This document shows positions 12,048 through 23,477 of a DNA stretch of 42,252 nt, piece after piece. The notes below the pieces were generated by a model. It saw only the letters and a program-made list of their open reading frames with translations, was not told the origin of the DNA and ran no database searches. The DNA lies in the NCBI RefSeq assembly GCF_001194135.2, contig NC_068989.1, positions 15,708,614 to 15,750,865 on the forward strand. Direction: 5' to 3'. Source of the stretch: Octopus bimaculoides (lineage: Eukaryota). Each line of letters opens with the position of its first letter. The first letter of the stretch is position 1. A program made the position numbers and the translations under genes.

Positions 12048-13073
12048 CTCGTTAAGGCGGTAAATAGAATTGACGAGCGTTTGGAAAGAGTAAAGAGTTT
12101 TGCTGAGGCTGCAGAGGTGAAGAAAAGGGAGGTGGACCTAGCCGGACTGAAGGAGCTGTGTAAGATGACACAGAAGGTGGACCCTCCGAAAAGGGTCATG
12201 GAAAATATGGAGAAGAAGACCATTACCTACAAGGTGTACTCAGTGGAGAATAGGAAGGTGGAGTGGATGGAGATGGAGAAAGTAGAGAAAGCATTGAAGG
12301 GGCTTTCGAAGGAAGTGACATACATAGCAAATGGAAATGGATATGGGATGGTGGTTGTCCAGTTTAGGACAGCGGAGGAGGCAAAAAGGCTGGCGAGTGC
12401 AACTGTAAAAACGGAGGAAGTAGTACTTCTACCCACGTACCTTGGAAAAAAGACTTCTAAGGTGAGGATAGAAGGAATTCCACCCGAAGTGGCTTGGGTT
12501 GCAGCAGCCGTCCTCGCTGGTAATGAGGAGGAGGTGGCTGTCCTCCAAGCCACAGAGACAGAGGAAGGAGGATATAAAGGGAAAACATTGGAAATCACCA
12601 TACAAGCGGAGGCGAATCAGCTGAAAAATTGGGTGGAGACGGTGACGTTGGGAGAAATAGTATTGAGAGTAAAGGGTAGAGTTCCGTGATACTTTAAATG
12701 TGAGCAAAAATGCCACATTAGAGCTTACTGCCCTCTACAGAGGAAAACAACAGAAGAAGCGGTGCTGGAGACGAAGGAGAAAGAGGAAGAAGTACAGATA
12801 GATGGAAGGAACAAGGAGGATGAATGGACAGTGACAGAAAATAAAAGGAAAAAGAGAAAGAAGAGGGAGAACAGTCAGTGTGATGTGGGACCCAAGACCA
12901 ACTCCATCCCACCCAATACCACTCAGACCCACCCTCCCCATACAGACACCAAACCCACCCACCAAGAAAAAAGAAGAAAGAACAGACACCAGAAAATTTA
13001 CAAGACCCCCTCCCCCGGTGAAAAAGGTTACGTGTACATGGAGGAGAGAGTGTTGTCACTCTGTGATGGGTAA
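12048..13073 (+). pseudogene. Non-LTR retrotransposon ORF1 (Tx1/L1-like gag: RRM-like region plus CCHC knuckle), one premature stop
   Basis: ORFs 12081..12689 and 12762..13073 share one frame. After the TGA at 12687-12689 it reads YFKCEQKCHIRAYCP (decayed CX2CX4HX4C), then an acidic/basic tail with EWTVTENKRKKRK. The N-terminal part has SFAEAA and KVRIEGIPP. Confidence 0.8.
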
Positions 13074-13647
13074 AACGGTAAACAAAAGACTAGATCAAAG
13101 ATTAAAGAGGACTCAGGACTCAGAGATAGCGAGTGGTGTTACTCAGTGTGGGCTAAGTAACACACTTTTCATATTCTCATTTCTCAAGTTATCATTCATG
13201 TATCATTATTTTGATATTTTGATTTTAATGTTTTTCATGTTCATTTTCATGTGTCATTCATAGCATCATATTTTTATTTTAATTGTTATATGTCCCCACA
13301 TNNNNNNNNNNNNNNNNNNNNNNNNNNNNNNNNNNNNNNNNNNNNNNNNNNNNNNNNNNNNNNNNNNNNNNNNNNNNNNNNNNNNNNNNNNNNNNNNNNN
13401 NNNNNNNNNNNNNNNNNNNNNNNNNNNNNNNNNNNNNNNNNNNNNNNNNNNNNNNNNNNNNNNNNNNNNNNNNNNNNNNNNNNNNNNNNNNNNNNNNNNN
13501 NNNNNNNNNNNNNNNNNNNNNNNNNNNNNNNNNNNNNNNNNNNNNNNNNNNNNNNNNNNNNNNNNNNNNNNNNNNNNNNNNNNNNNNNNNNNNNNNNNNN
13601 NNNNNNNNNNNNNNNNNNNNNNNNNNNNNNNNNNNNNNNNNNNNNNN

Positions 13648-13736
13648 ACAAAAAATAATAATAAGTCAATTTCTTTAACTAAAAGGTGGTGTTCCAGTAT
13701 GGCCACAGTCAAATGACTGAACCAAGTAAAAGAATA
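13648..13736 (+). mobile_element. SINE family A, 3' end
   Basis: aaaaggtggtgttccagtatggccacagtcaaatgactgaaccaagtaaaagaata. Confidence 0.8.
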
Positions 13737-13906
13737 TATATTGTTGATGGCATAAGGATTTTACAAACTTTTGAGAGAGCGTGGAATAATTCTTTTTTGG
13801 AATATCGGACCTCGAAGCACACACAATATTCAAACAAGTTTTTCAACACAATATTTAAATGCTGTTATTATATATAGATTTATGTATGTGTCGGGATTCA
13901 CTATTC

Positions 13907-13970
<64 letters not shown>

Positions 13971-14175
13971 NNNNNNNNNNNNNNNNNNNNNNNNNNNNNN
14001 NNNNNNNNNNNNNNNNNNNNNNNNNNNNNNNNNNNNNNNNNNNNNNNNNNNNNNNNNNNNNNNNNNNNNNNNNNNNNNNNNNNNNNNNNNNNNNNNNNNN
14101 NNNNNNNNNNNNNNNNNNNNNNNNNNNNNNNNNNNNNNNNNNNNNNNNNNNNNNNNNNNNNNNNNNNNNNNNNNN

Positions 14176-14215
<40 letters not shown>

Positions 14216-14691
14216 TAATGTACGTACATATCTTTTCATGTGTTTCTGTTTATGTGAAGTCTGTTATTATGTCTGTCCAATTCGCTAAGCTAATATATAC
14301 TGAAAATTTTATGATTAAAACTGACATTCGGATATTGCTTTAGAGAATTAAACTAACTCCAATGTCGTCAGCCGCACATTTATCACTAAGAAGTATGTTC
14401 CCGGTGCGATTACTCAAATAAAATCACAAACTCTAACTATTTTAAACTCCTGTCAAAAGTTGGTAATGGGATAGCGAGAGAGCACATGCACACCACTTAC
14501 AACTGTAGGGACAGAAAGTTTTCAATTCAGACTGGGTGTGCTTGAGTGTATGTTAGCATTATTTTACCATTTGTTAGGAAATTTACATTAACTTCATTTT
14601 AGAGAAAATATTGCAAATGTATCTTGGGATTCTGGAATATGTTTTCGCTCAGTACTCTTCAGTCAATTGTTTTTAAGCTAATTCGATATAT

Positions 14692-14895
14692 CTTTTACTT
14701 TATAAGTCTTGTTAGCCTTTAGACTGCAGTCGTACTGGGGGCACCTCCTTGAAGCGTTTAGTTGAACAAATCTCCGCCCACTGTACTTATGTTTTCTTTA
14801 AACCTGGTACTTATTTTATCGTTCTCTTTTTGCCGAATCTTTTAGGTGCGGGGATGTACACATACCCACACAAATTGTCATAGGGTGATGATGGG
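14692..14895 (-). mobile_element. Degenerate SINE family A, 3' half
   Basis: cttttactt...gactgcagtcgtactgggggcacctcc...ctggtacttattttatcgttctctttttgccgaa. Confidence 0.7.
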
Positions 14896-15005
14896 GTGAA
14901 AAGCAAAGTCGACCTCGGCAGAATTTGAACTCAGAACGTAAAAACAGACGAAATACCACTTAGCATTTCGCCTGGCGTGCTAACGTTTCTACCAGCTCGC
15001 TGCCT
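14896..15005 (-). mobile_element. tRNA-headed SINE family B, 5' part
   Basis: gcaaagtcgacctcggcagaatttgaactcagaacgtaaa...gctaacgtttctaccagctcgctgcctt. Confidence 0.85.
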
Positions 15006-15319
15006 TCTCGACTATAAGAATTAAAATATTGTTTTTGAGGTTCCTGCATGTCTAGATATCTATCACAAACACGCGCACGCGCGCGCACACACACTCACAA
15101 ACACACACACGCAAACACACACATACACGTACACTCATATGTGTGGGTATCTGTGTGTGTGTGCGAATGTATGCATGTATACGCGTATGTATATATACCT
15201 ACGTACGTAGATATTACATACCTACATTTTTGCTGAAAACTGGAAAAAGAAAAGAATTCGATATTGAAGTCTTTAATATAGATGATGATGGAATTTATTA
15301 TTTTTATCATTCTAATTAT

Positions 15320-15323
15320 ACTA

Positions 15324-15374
<51 letters not shown>

Positions 15375-15545
15375 GTCATTACTATCCTCATTATTGACGT
15401 TGATGTTGCTAGAATGAGGATGATGATGATGATAATAATGATGATGATGATGATGAAGAGGTGTAGAAGAAGGAAAGCATAAAGCGGGAGATTGTAGCTT
15501 CATTAAAATTACAGTCGTGCCGTCTTGAAAGAGGTGATGTAGCAG

Positions 15546-15602
<57 letters not shown>

Positions 15603-15753
15603 GAGGAGGAGGAGGAGGAGGAGGAGGGGGAGGAGAAAATTTGAGGAAAGAAAGTCGAGGTGATCACGACCATAATTAGCAAACCCTGAGACAATAATTA
15701 CATTCGGATTCCTCGTTGAAAAATGTCCTCTGCCTATTAGTGTTTTAATAACA

Positions 15754-15831
<78 letters not shown>

Positions 15832-15990
15832 GTAGAAGTAGTAGTAATTTCTTCTATTTAGTTCCAAAAATAACAATAACCGTAATACAAGTAAAAATGA
15901 TTAGATTCAGATGACAATAATGTTTATAATTTCTTCATAATGATGAGTATGATGGTGGCGGTGGTGGTAGTGATGATGATGGTGGCGGTT

Positions 15991-16041
<51 letters not shown>

Positions 16042-16392
16042 GGAATTATGTTTACAATCATTACGATGGTACAAAGAAGAAAGTAAGGACGAGAGATAGA
16101 GTGAGAAGGGTGAATAAAAGAGCGGAGAGAGAGAGAGAGAGGGTGGTGGAAATGTGACTATGGAGAAAGGAAGGGAAAGAAGAAGAAGAAGAAGAAGAAG
16201 AAGAAGAAGAAGAAGAAGAAGAAGAAGAAGAAGAAGAAGAAGAAAATGAAGAAAAGAAAAAGAAGAAGAAGAAGAAGAAGAAGAAGAAGAAATGTTTCAC
16301 AGCAATGGAGAAATTACGTATATCTAAACAGTATGCGTATGGGGAACATTCTCTGTGCCAACTGAAAGATTAATAACACGTGAATGATGACG

Positions 16393-16445
<53 letters not shown>
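15320..16445. repeat. Cluster of trinucleotide microsatellites: (TAT)n, (GAT)n, (TAG)n-(GAG)n, (CAA)n-(TAA)n, (GGT), (GAT)n, (GAA)n, (TAA)n
   Basis: Directly visible; source of the poly-I/Y/S/F/M pseudo-ORFs. Confidence 0.95.
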
Positions 16446-16448
16446 CCA

Positions 16449-16632
16449 TTCTACTCTAGGCACAAGTCCTGAAATTTTGTGGGTAGTTAATTACATGGAC
16501 TCGAGTACTCAACTGGTACTTATTTTATCGCCTCCGAAAGGGTGAAAGGATAAGAATCAATCTCGGCAGAATTTGAACTCAGGACGTAACGCCGGAAGAA
16601 ACGCCATTAAGAATTTCTTTCCATCGTGCTAC
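16449..16632 (-). mobile_element. SINE family B
   Basis: ttctactctaggcacaagtcctgaaatt...actggtacttattttatcgcctccgaaagggtgaaagg...ggcagaatttgaactcaggacgtaa. Confidence 0.85.
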
Positions 16633-16649
16633 AAAGCGTCGGTAAAACT

Positions 16650-17065
16650 ATAACCAAAGACTGTTGAATGTGAAAGAAGAATGTGAACACGGTTTGGGTT
16701 AAGTATAAGAGGCCTTTAACAGTATTCCCTATAAGTGGATTCTGGAAAAAAAAACTAGTAATGCGTGAACAACAGCATTGAGAAGATACATGAAACATGT
16801 CATAAGGAAATTGTAGATAGATTTGCAGAAACAGGCAAGAATAATTAAGTGACTTTAATTAAAAAATTAAGCTTATGTCCAGTAGAAGAGAAATGTTATT
16901 CAGGGAACTCTTCTCACTAATTGTCTGCCTCTATCCGACAAAACTGGACTCAGATACAAATGACAACCAATCCTCTTTTGTATATGGACACCTCGTGTTC
17001 TATGCTGCTGATGATAAACACTTAGAAACGCTACTGCAGGCAATGAATAGTTTCCCCTGCAGATG
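16650..17065 (+). mobile_element. R4/Dong-like non-LTR reverse transcriptase remnant
   Basis: Frameshifted fragments NTVWVKYK/KAFNSIPYKWILE, RNVIQG.. and YMDTLVFYAADDKHLETLLQAMNSF match the R4/Dong pattern (AWIDYKKAFDSIPH.WI; RGIFQGD; YMDDLKLYA..D..LE.LL) by eye. Confidence 0.7.
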
Positions 17066-17069
17066 CTAG

Positions 17070-18270
17070 CTTTGAGCAGGCCTAATTACTCGGGCTATCC
17101 TCGCTACTTTTCAGCAAGCTTACTAGGGTGAGGGGCAGAACCTTTGTCTCAACATACATCTTCCTTTTCAAATGGAACTTTGCAAAAAATCGATGAGGGC
17201 TTGGTCGAAAAGGAAAGGGTCTTTCCTCTGTTCCTTCTGTCTTGTTCACTATAAAATCACTTTCGCAATACTGCCTGCAGTTTCTGAGTAAAAGTAGGCG
17301 TTGGGATGATCTTCACAAAGGAATCGGCTGATAACCGGACCCATCATGCACACAATAGCAACTGTTTGACAAGTTACCAATGCTCGGGCAGGCCAGTTTC
17401 ATCGTTCAGCGCATGGTTGACGGCACACCCATGCCTGTAGAGTTTATCCCTAACCGGCCATGACTTTCGATAGCACTGCCAGGCCAGAGTTTTTTGGAAA
17501 TTATCTATAGGCACTGGGCCGGGAGTTCAACAGTACAGACCAGTTGGATGATTATCTTTGATGTTCAGAGTTTCCCAGAGTAAGTCATCGCCCTTGCCTG
17601 TTACTCATTCTCTACATTGTCTGTTACTCATCCCACTCGCACTATCCAACGGATACTTGCGAGCGCTTCGATACTCTATGTCTCAGCATTCCTCCGTCAA
17701 TGCTTAATCCAAGCAGGACTACAGCTCTGTCGAAGAGACGAGCACTGGAAAAGTGTGTCTGTCAAACGGCGACTACACCTGCCCACCGTCAAGGAATTGC
17801 TGGAGAAGTCCAAGTCTCAACGCATGATAACGAATCATTAGTCACGGCATGACCAGTGCTCCACACAGTGGATATTGACAGCCTTTCCAGTTTCCGTGCT
17901 GGTGCAGGTCCGCCACTTCGTATTCCTCGGTGAAATGCCGATCATCTCGATGTGCTTAGCGCCTTATACTATTACGGTGACGTCGTCCGTGTTCGCTGAC
18001 ACAACTCTTCCAAATCTTAGTTCTCACGTGATGCCCCTCAAAACCTCTGAATTCCGCAGTAGTTGCTCTAGTACCAACACGTACAGAGGAGAGGAAAGGG
18101 AAAGCCTTGATGAACTGAATGTATGACACTGAACGGTTCCAATGGATGGCCCTTTCCATCGAGTTGAAGTCGCTCTACATTGCAGCGATTCAGCCTTTGA
18201 AGATTGGACTGAAACCAGCCACAGCTACTGTGAAGAAATAACGTAAACATCTTTTCCGTCGCCTTAACAG
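17070..18270 (+). mobile_element. Highly decayed L1/Tx1-clade ORF2 remnant (RT, thumb, C-terminal region)
   Basis: GC-richer island with collinear motif relics: A-x-DD (~17300), ITGPI for ITGAKI (~17330), GPGVQ for FGPxLQ (~17520), WKSVSVKRRLHLPTVK for lW.gk...VrR..l..P..kGG (~17750), and E..VKHLF..P for ET..H.F..CP (~18245). Many stops and frameshifts. Confidence 0.45.
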
Positions 18271-19189
18271 TTCTGTCTGTCTACATATGCTTAACAACAA
18301 AAGTTTAACTGTTAAATCACAGCCAAATCATTGTTATAATTTTTGTGAAATCTGCCTCCTTGTAACACAATTTCCAGCTTGGTTCGCATCTCCCTTTCTT
18401 TCTCTCTTTTCCCCTCTCCCTTCTTTATCTCTGTATATTTGATGTATAAACACACACATATATACATTTGGCACGATATTTAAAGACATTAAACTACCGC
18501 TTTCGAAAATTCAAAAAACTCATCTTTTAAAATATGTGAATTAAGTCTAAAAAAATAGAAAGTAAGTTGCGAATAAATATCTGTTTTCCTCTGTTAAATA
18601 TCAATAAATTACTTTCCTCACAATAAGAAATGCTATCTGACTCTCTCTCTCTCTCTCTCCCGCCCCCCTCTCTCTTTCTCTCTATCTATCTATCACTGTT
18701 TTTATCTTGAACTCTCACCTAATACACAGCCAGCCTAGATGACTCACAGACACTGTCCACTTCAGTTTCAATTATTTCAGAAAAATAGTTGAACGATTAC
18801 TTTCTAACGTTCATTTTTAAAATAAATTTTATTACTGAACAGCTTATAATGAATGAAATATATTTGTTTTTATTTCGATCTCTAATCGCAAACACGTCTC
18901 CTCTCGCTCTCTCCTTCTGTATGTATGTACTTATGTATGCATGCATATATTTATGTATGTATGTATGTATTTTAATATTTGTGTTAAAGACGTTAGCCTA
19001 CCACTTTCAAAAATAGAAAATTTCTTTTAAAAGAATTAAGTTTATTACAAAATGGAAAGAAAATGATGAGTCTGTATTCTTTAAATTTCTCCTAAGAAAA
19101 CTTAGGAATAAATATGTGTTTTTCTCTGTTATATTTCTTTACAATACTTTCTTTACAATGCTACTATCATATTCACAAATGGCAAGTTG

Positions 19190-19750
19190 TGTGCTAGTCT
19201 CAGTGTTGGCCACGTACCAGACGTAAAGATTCTTGCTGATCAAAGTCAAATAACTATACCAAGTGGATCTCACAGGCAACCCAATTATGAAAGTGTTAAA
19301 TTCACTAAAAATATTGTATATACAAATATTGTTTGATTGTCAAAATTCCCTGTCGTTGGTTTGTTGTATACATTTTTAGTGTACAGAAATAAAAAAGAGT
19401 TAAAAACTAACCGAAAAACACAAACCTCAACATGACTTGGATTGATTACCAGAAAGCATTCGACAGTATTCTGCACTCATGGGTACTGTAATCTCTCTAC
19501 ACAAATAAAGTAGCCCCAACACTACTAGAATATATCAACCATGCAATGGCAAACTAGAAAACACTGAAAAATGAATCGCGAGTCATCAAAACCTGCCCTA
19601 TACCCATAAGAGACTCACCGTCACCCCTGCTTTCCTACCTTATTCTGACACCACGAACAGACTTGCTAAATGAAACATGGATTACAGATAACTTGAAAAT
19701 TTTCATTAAAAATACCACAGAACATAAAAACCTTCTAAAAATTGTCCATA
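19190..19750 (+). mobile_element. Second R4/Dong-like RT remnant
   Basis: NMTWIDYQKAFDSILHSWVL (from ~19430), KVAPTLLEYINHAMAN, DSPSPLLSYLILTP..DLLNE and DNLKIFIKN...HKNLLKIVH, collinear with R4/Dong RT motifs. Confidence 0.75.
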
Positions 19751-19751
19751 T

Positions 19752-20032
19752 GCCCACGGGCGTAGTGGTTAAGAGCGCAGGTTACTAACCCCAAGATTCC
19801 GATTTCGATTCCAAGCAGTGACCTGAATAAAAACGACAATAATAATAACAACACCAAAAATTACCTTAGGAATGAGAACCCAGGCTCGAAATTTTCCCAA
19901 GACACCTGATGAAGGCTGGAGGGTATATCAGCCGAAACGTTGTGTTAACAACAAACAAGATGAAGACAAATATCCATCAAATATAAATAATGTAAATAAT
20001 GTACATAATTCCTCATCTCTTAAATATAGAAC
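19752..20032 (+). mobile_element. tRNA-headed SINE family D with a Penelope-type 3' region
   Basis: A box gggcgtagtggttaag, B box gatttcgattcc (19801-19812), short A-rich linker, then a body containing ctgatgaaggc...gccgaaacgttg. Confidence 0.75.
19901..19946 (+). ncRNA. Minimal type-I hammerhead ribozyme motif (PLE-type)
   Basis: Stem I GACAC(19901-05)/GTGTT(19942-46); core CTGATGA(19906-12) plus one extra A; stem II GGCTG/CAGCC; GAAA(19934-37); palindromic helix III ACGT; GUU triplet. Activity untested. Confidence 0.75.
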
Positions 20033-20049
20033 CGACTCGACCGTAGTAC

Positions 20050-20370
20050 TTACTTTTTTGTTGAGCCAGGTACTTACGTTATCGGTGTCCTTTTGCTGAG
20101 CCGCAAAGTCAGGGGGACGTAAGCACACCAACACCGATTGTCAAGTGGTGGAGAGGGACAAAGATACACACACAAACGCACACACGCACATACACACGCA
20201 CGTACACGACATACTTCTTTAAGTTTCCATTTACCAAATCCACTCACAAGGCTGTGGTTGGTCCGAGGCTATAGTAGAAGACACTTGCAGAATGTTCCAC
20301 GCAGTGAGACTGAACTCGGAGCCATGTGGTTTGAAAACAAGCTACTTACCACACAACCACTCCTGCGCCT
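20050..20370 (-). mobile_element. SINE family A, 3'-truncated
   Basis: ggtacttacgttatcggtgtccttttgctgagccgc...ccaaatccactcacaaggc...ccacacaaccactcctgcgcct. Confidence 0.88.
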
Positions 20371-20405
20371 ATGTTTATATTAATTTATTAATCGAATGAA
20401 TAATC

Positions 20406-20618
20406 CTTTCTACTATAGGCACAAGGCCTGGAATTTGATGGGGGGGGGGATAGTCGATTATATCGATCTCTGTACTCAACAGGTACTTATTTTATCGACC
20501 CCGAAAGGATGAAAAGGAAAATCAACCTCAGCGGAATTTGATCTCGGAACGGAAAGATTGACGAAATGCCGTTAAACATTTTGCCCGCTGTGCTAACGAT
20601 TCTGCCAGTTCACCGCCT
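20406..20618 (-). mobile_element. SINE family B, full length
   Basis: ttctactataggcacaaggcctggaatttg...ggtacttattttatcgaccccgaaaggatgaaa...gctaacgattctgccagttcaccgcct. Confidence 0.9.
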
Positions 20619-21235
20619 TGATTAGTCGAATGAATAATAACAAAAAATTGAGATATAACCAGTGCGTGTGTTTATTATTGGCATACTGCCCCGCACGAGA
20701 TAAAAATATGTTTATGATTATCGTCATTGATTGACCTGAGGCCAGTCCAGATCGCACAGACAAATGATAAAAGAACTTTCCAATTTTATATATTCGTCGA
20801 TTTTTTTCATCAGCAACATTGTATCTAAAACTACAATATCTTATGCGTTCCATGTATCTTTTGAGACTGTTGACTATATAATTGGTTGAAGTTTCTAGCA
20901 GGTTCAAAAACCGTATAAAACATTCTTAAGGTAACAATTCGCGGACATGAAGAAATCACTCTTTGAATATGCAATTAATGTATTATAACCAATATATCCC
21001 CACATGAGCAATTGACTTTGACATTGTGAGCCAATAGATCATTCATCGTATTCTTACAGCGTATCCGCTAAGTACACCAATGAATTTTACCATGGCTGTC
21101 ATTCTTAGTTGAGAAGTGAGAAGACTAATTCCTTAAACATATTGTACATCGATACGTACAATACCAACACCGCCATATGAAAGAGAATATAAGTTCATCG
21201 GCGTGTGTGTATATTTATGTACAAATATGTATGCG

Positions 21236-21292
<57 letters not shown>

Positions 21293-21294
<2 letters not shown>

Positions 21295-21500
21295 TTTTTT
21301 CTTTTACTTGTTTCGTCATTTGAATGCGGCCATGCTGGAGCACCGCCTTTAGTCGAACAACTCGACCCCAGGACTTCTTTGTAAACCTAGTACTTATTCT
21401 ATCCTTCTCTATTGCAGAACCGCTAAGTTACAGAGGCAACATTAGGTTGTCAATCAATGGTGGGGGCCAAGGCCAAACACAGATTCACAAATTTATACAT
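21293..21500 (-). mobile_element. SINE family A, 3' half, next to a (TA)n tract
   Basis: cttttacttgtttcgtcatttgaatgcggccatgctggagcaccgcctttagtcg... Confidence 0.88.
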
Positions 21501-22089
21501 GCATACATTTATTTTGAACAAGTCTGAAGAGTGTGTAATTATTTATAGAAGAGCTGAAACAGCTGTCTATCACAGATCTTGTTTGTAAGCTATCTGAACA
21601 TTACAACAATACTATAAATTATATGAAGAAGATCTTGCTATAAACTCAAAGTATATAAGGATGGAGATTAGCTACGATGAATTCTCTTAACTGATTGTAA
21701 AACGTGGTAAGACTTCTAGCCTAGAAATATCTATATCAATGACCTAATTATTACTCAGGTATCTGGTGGAAAAGATACATGAAAATGCATTCTCTGGTGA
21801 AACTTGTAAGGAAGAACCTGTGACCAGGAAATAAAACCTCCAAATGGAAACAAAATGTATTTCTAACTTTACATAGAACAAATCACCAGACAACAATATA
21901 TTTACTGTTTAACAAACATTTAGGTAACTCGATTGGACGCAAGATGAAATCGGATTCTAGGACGTTAAAACAGCAACGCTATCAGAAATTTACACAACAG
22001 TGATAAAGACTGCAACAGCGTAAAACAAAAATAAATATGCTGATAGTTATTGTGTCTTTAAGACGTGGTTTAATTTCCATTATATAAAC

Positions 22090-22417
22090 CAATGGTTCTC
22101 AACCGGTGTCTATATGGCTCTTGAAGGTCCCTGTAAGATTTTTGAGGGTCCACAACAAATAGTAAATTGGGGATCACAATAGTATTTTAAGAGCCCGTGA
22201 AAAACTTTTGCTTTAGATCTATGTATTGCTGTGTATTGCAAGAAACAGCTCAGTTTCTTTCTCTACCATTTTCCATAATTCAACCAAGTTGATGTATTTT
22301 GAAAGAAGTATCTCTAAAACTAGTTTATAAGCATTGAATAGCTATGGGGGTCCACAAAAATTAAATATTAGCCAAAAGGGTCCATAAATAAGAAAAACAA
22401 ATGATTGAGAACCGTTG
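22090..22417. mobile_element. hAT (Charlie/Buster-type) MITE, 328 bp
   Basis: TIRs caatggttctcaacc / gattgagaaccgttg; perfect 8-bp TSD ATATAAAC at 22082-22089 and 22418-22425. Confidence 0.92.
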
Positions 22418-22944
22418 ATATAAACCTTCCCGCAAATGGGTGTGGGGTGTTTTAGATATATATTCCATTATCTGGTCCTATTCGTTCAGCTCATTCTTGA
22501 AAACAGTTCTGTGTTGAAAATATGATTATATATATGTTTTAGACTCATCTCCACAATTGCTGTAATTGTTAGAGAAGAGCAGATGAAAAAAAATTAAAGG
22601 AGTGTATATCGCAATACTTAATCATAACGAAATCAGCAAGCCTTTGGCTGAAATCATTTCAATATGGCTGCCTTTATGAAGCGTAAATTTAAATAAGCTA
22701 AAATTGCAAAAATAATTTTCCATGCATCAGTGGTTTCGTGCTTTGTTATAAATGTTCCTTAATCAAATCCAGTATCTGATTATATACACGTCAAAATTCC
22801 GTGTAAATAGAAATATTTTAAATATACACTCAAAGAAAAAGGTTAATTTTACACTTACTCACACACACACACACATACACACACACACACACGCACATAC
22901 ACTCACACACATAATGTGTGTGTATGTGTGTGTATGTGTATGCA

Positions 22945-22986
<42 letters not shown>

Positions 22987-23104
22987 CATATTACATTCAT
23001 CCGTAAATAATACTTCAATCACTCACAGCATTTTCCAGATTAAAAATGATGATAGCTGTTTGTTAACTGACGTTTTGAGAGTTTGCATTTCGTTCATAGA
23101 GATG

Positions 23105-23215
23105 GTTGGAATTGCTCTGTGTGGTTAAGAAGTGTACTTTGCAGCAATATGGTTCCTAGTTCGTTTTCACTGCACGTGGAACCAAATAGCCTGCATAGAC
23201 TGCGGCTGACCAATA
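23105..23215 (+). mobile_element. Very old SINE A-like head fragment
   Basis: gctctgtgtggttaagaagtgtactttgcagcaatatggttcctagttcg..cactgcacgtgg. Confidence 0.45.
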
Positions 23216-23433
23216 TGTTGAAAATAAGTAAACGGGGTGTACAGTGAACCAAGGTGTTTTTTTAATCCAATTTCATTTCATGTCCTGCTTCAAAGTGGTC
23301 GGAATGATAGACTAAAAGCTTTCCATGGCGGTACCAGTCGTGGCCATAGTACAATGACTGGAAACAATAGATACATACATACACGCATACATACATACAT
23401 ACATACATACATACATACATACATACATGCATA

Positions 23434-23477
<44 letters not shown>

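Noticed and set aside
13648-13665. aaaaaataataataa as the poly-A tail of the ORF1 element
   Set aside because: It aligns with the aaagaataag segment of the SINE A 3' half that follows.
19139-19336. Open frame ...VPDVKILADQSQITIPSGSHRQPNYESVKFTKNIVYTNIV*, resembling a receptor tail with tyrosine motifs
   Set aside because: It lies directly upstream of and collinear with the R4/Dong RT remnant (ILADQSQI..KWISQ resembles the pre-RT region), so it is better explained as LINE sequence.
19752-19825. tRNA gene
   Set aside because: A and B boxes are present, but there is no proper acceptor stem or clean cloverleaf and it continues into a repeat body. Like the heads at 3573, 29495 and 35285 it is a SINE head.
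21520-22030. Purine-rich, coding-like fragments (FIEELKQLSITDLVCKL..., LRYLVEKIHENAF...)
   Set aside because: Many stops and no motif I can assign; possibly very old LINE debris, but not supportable.
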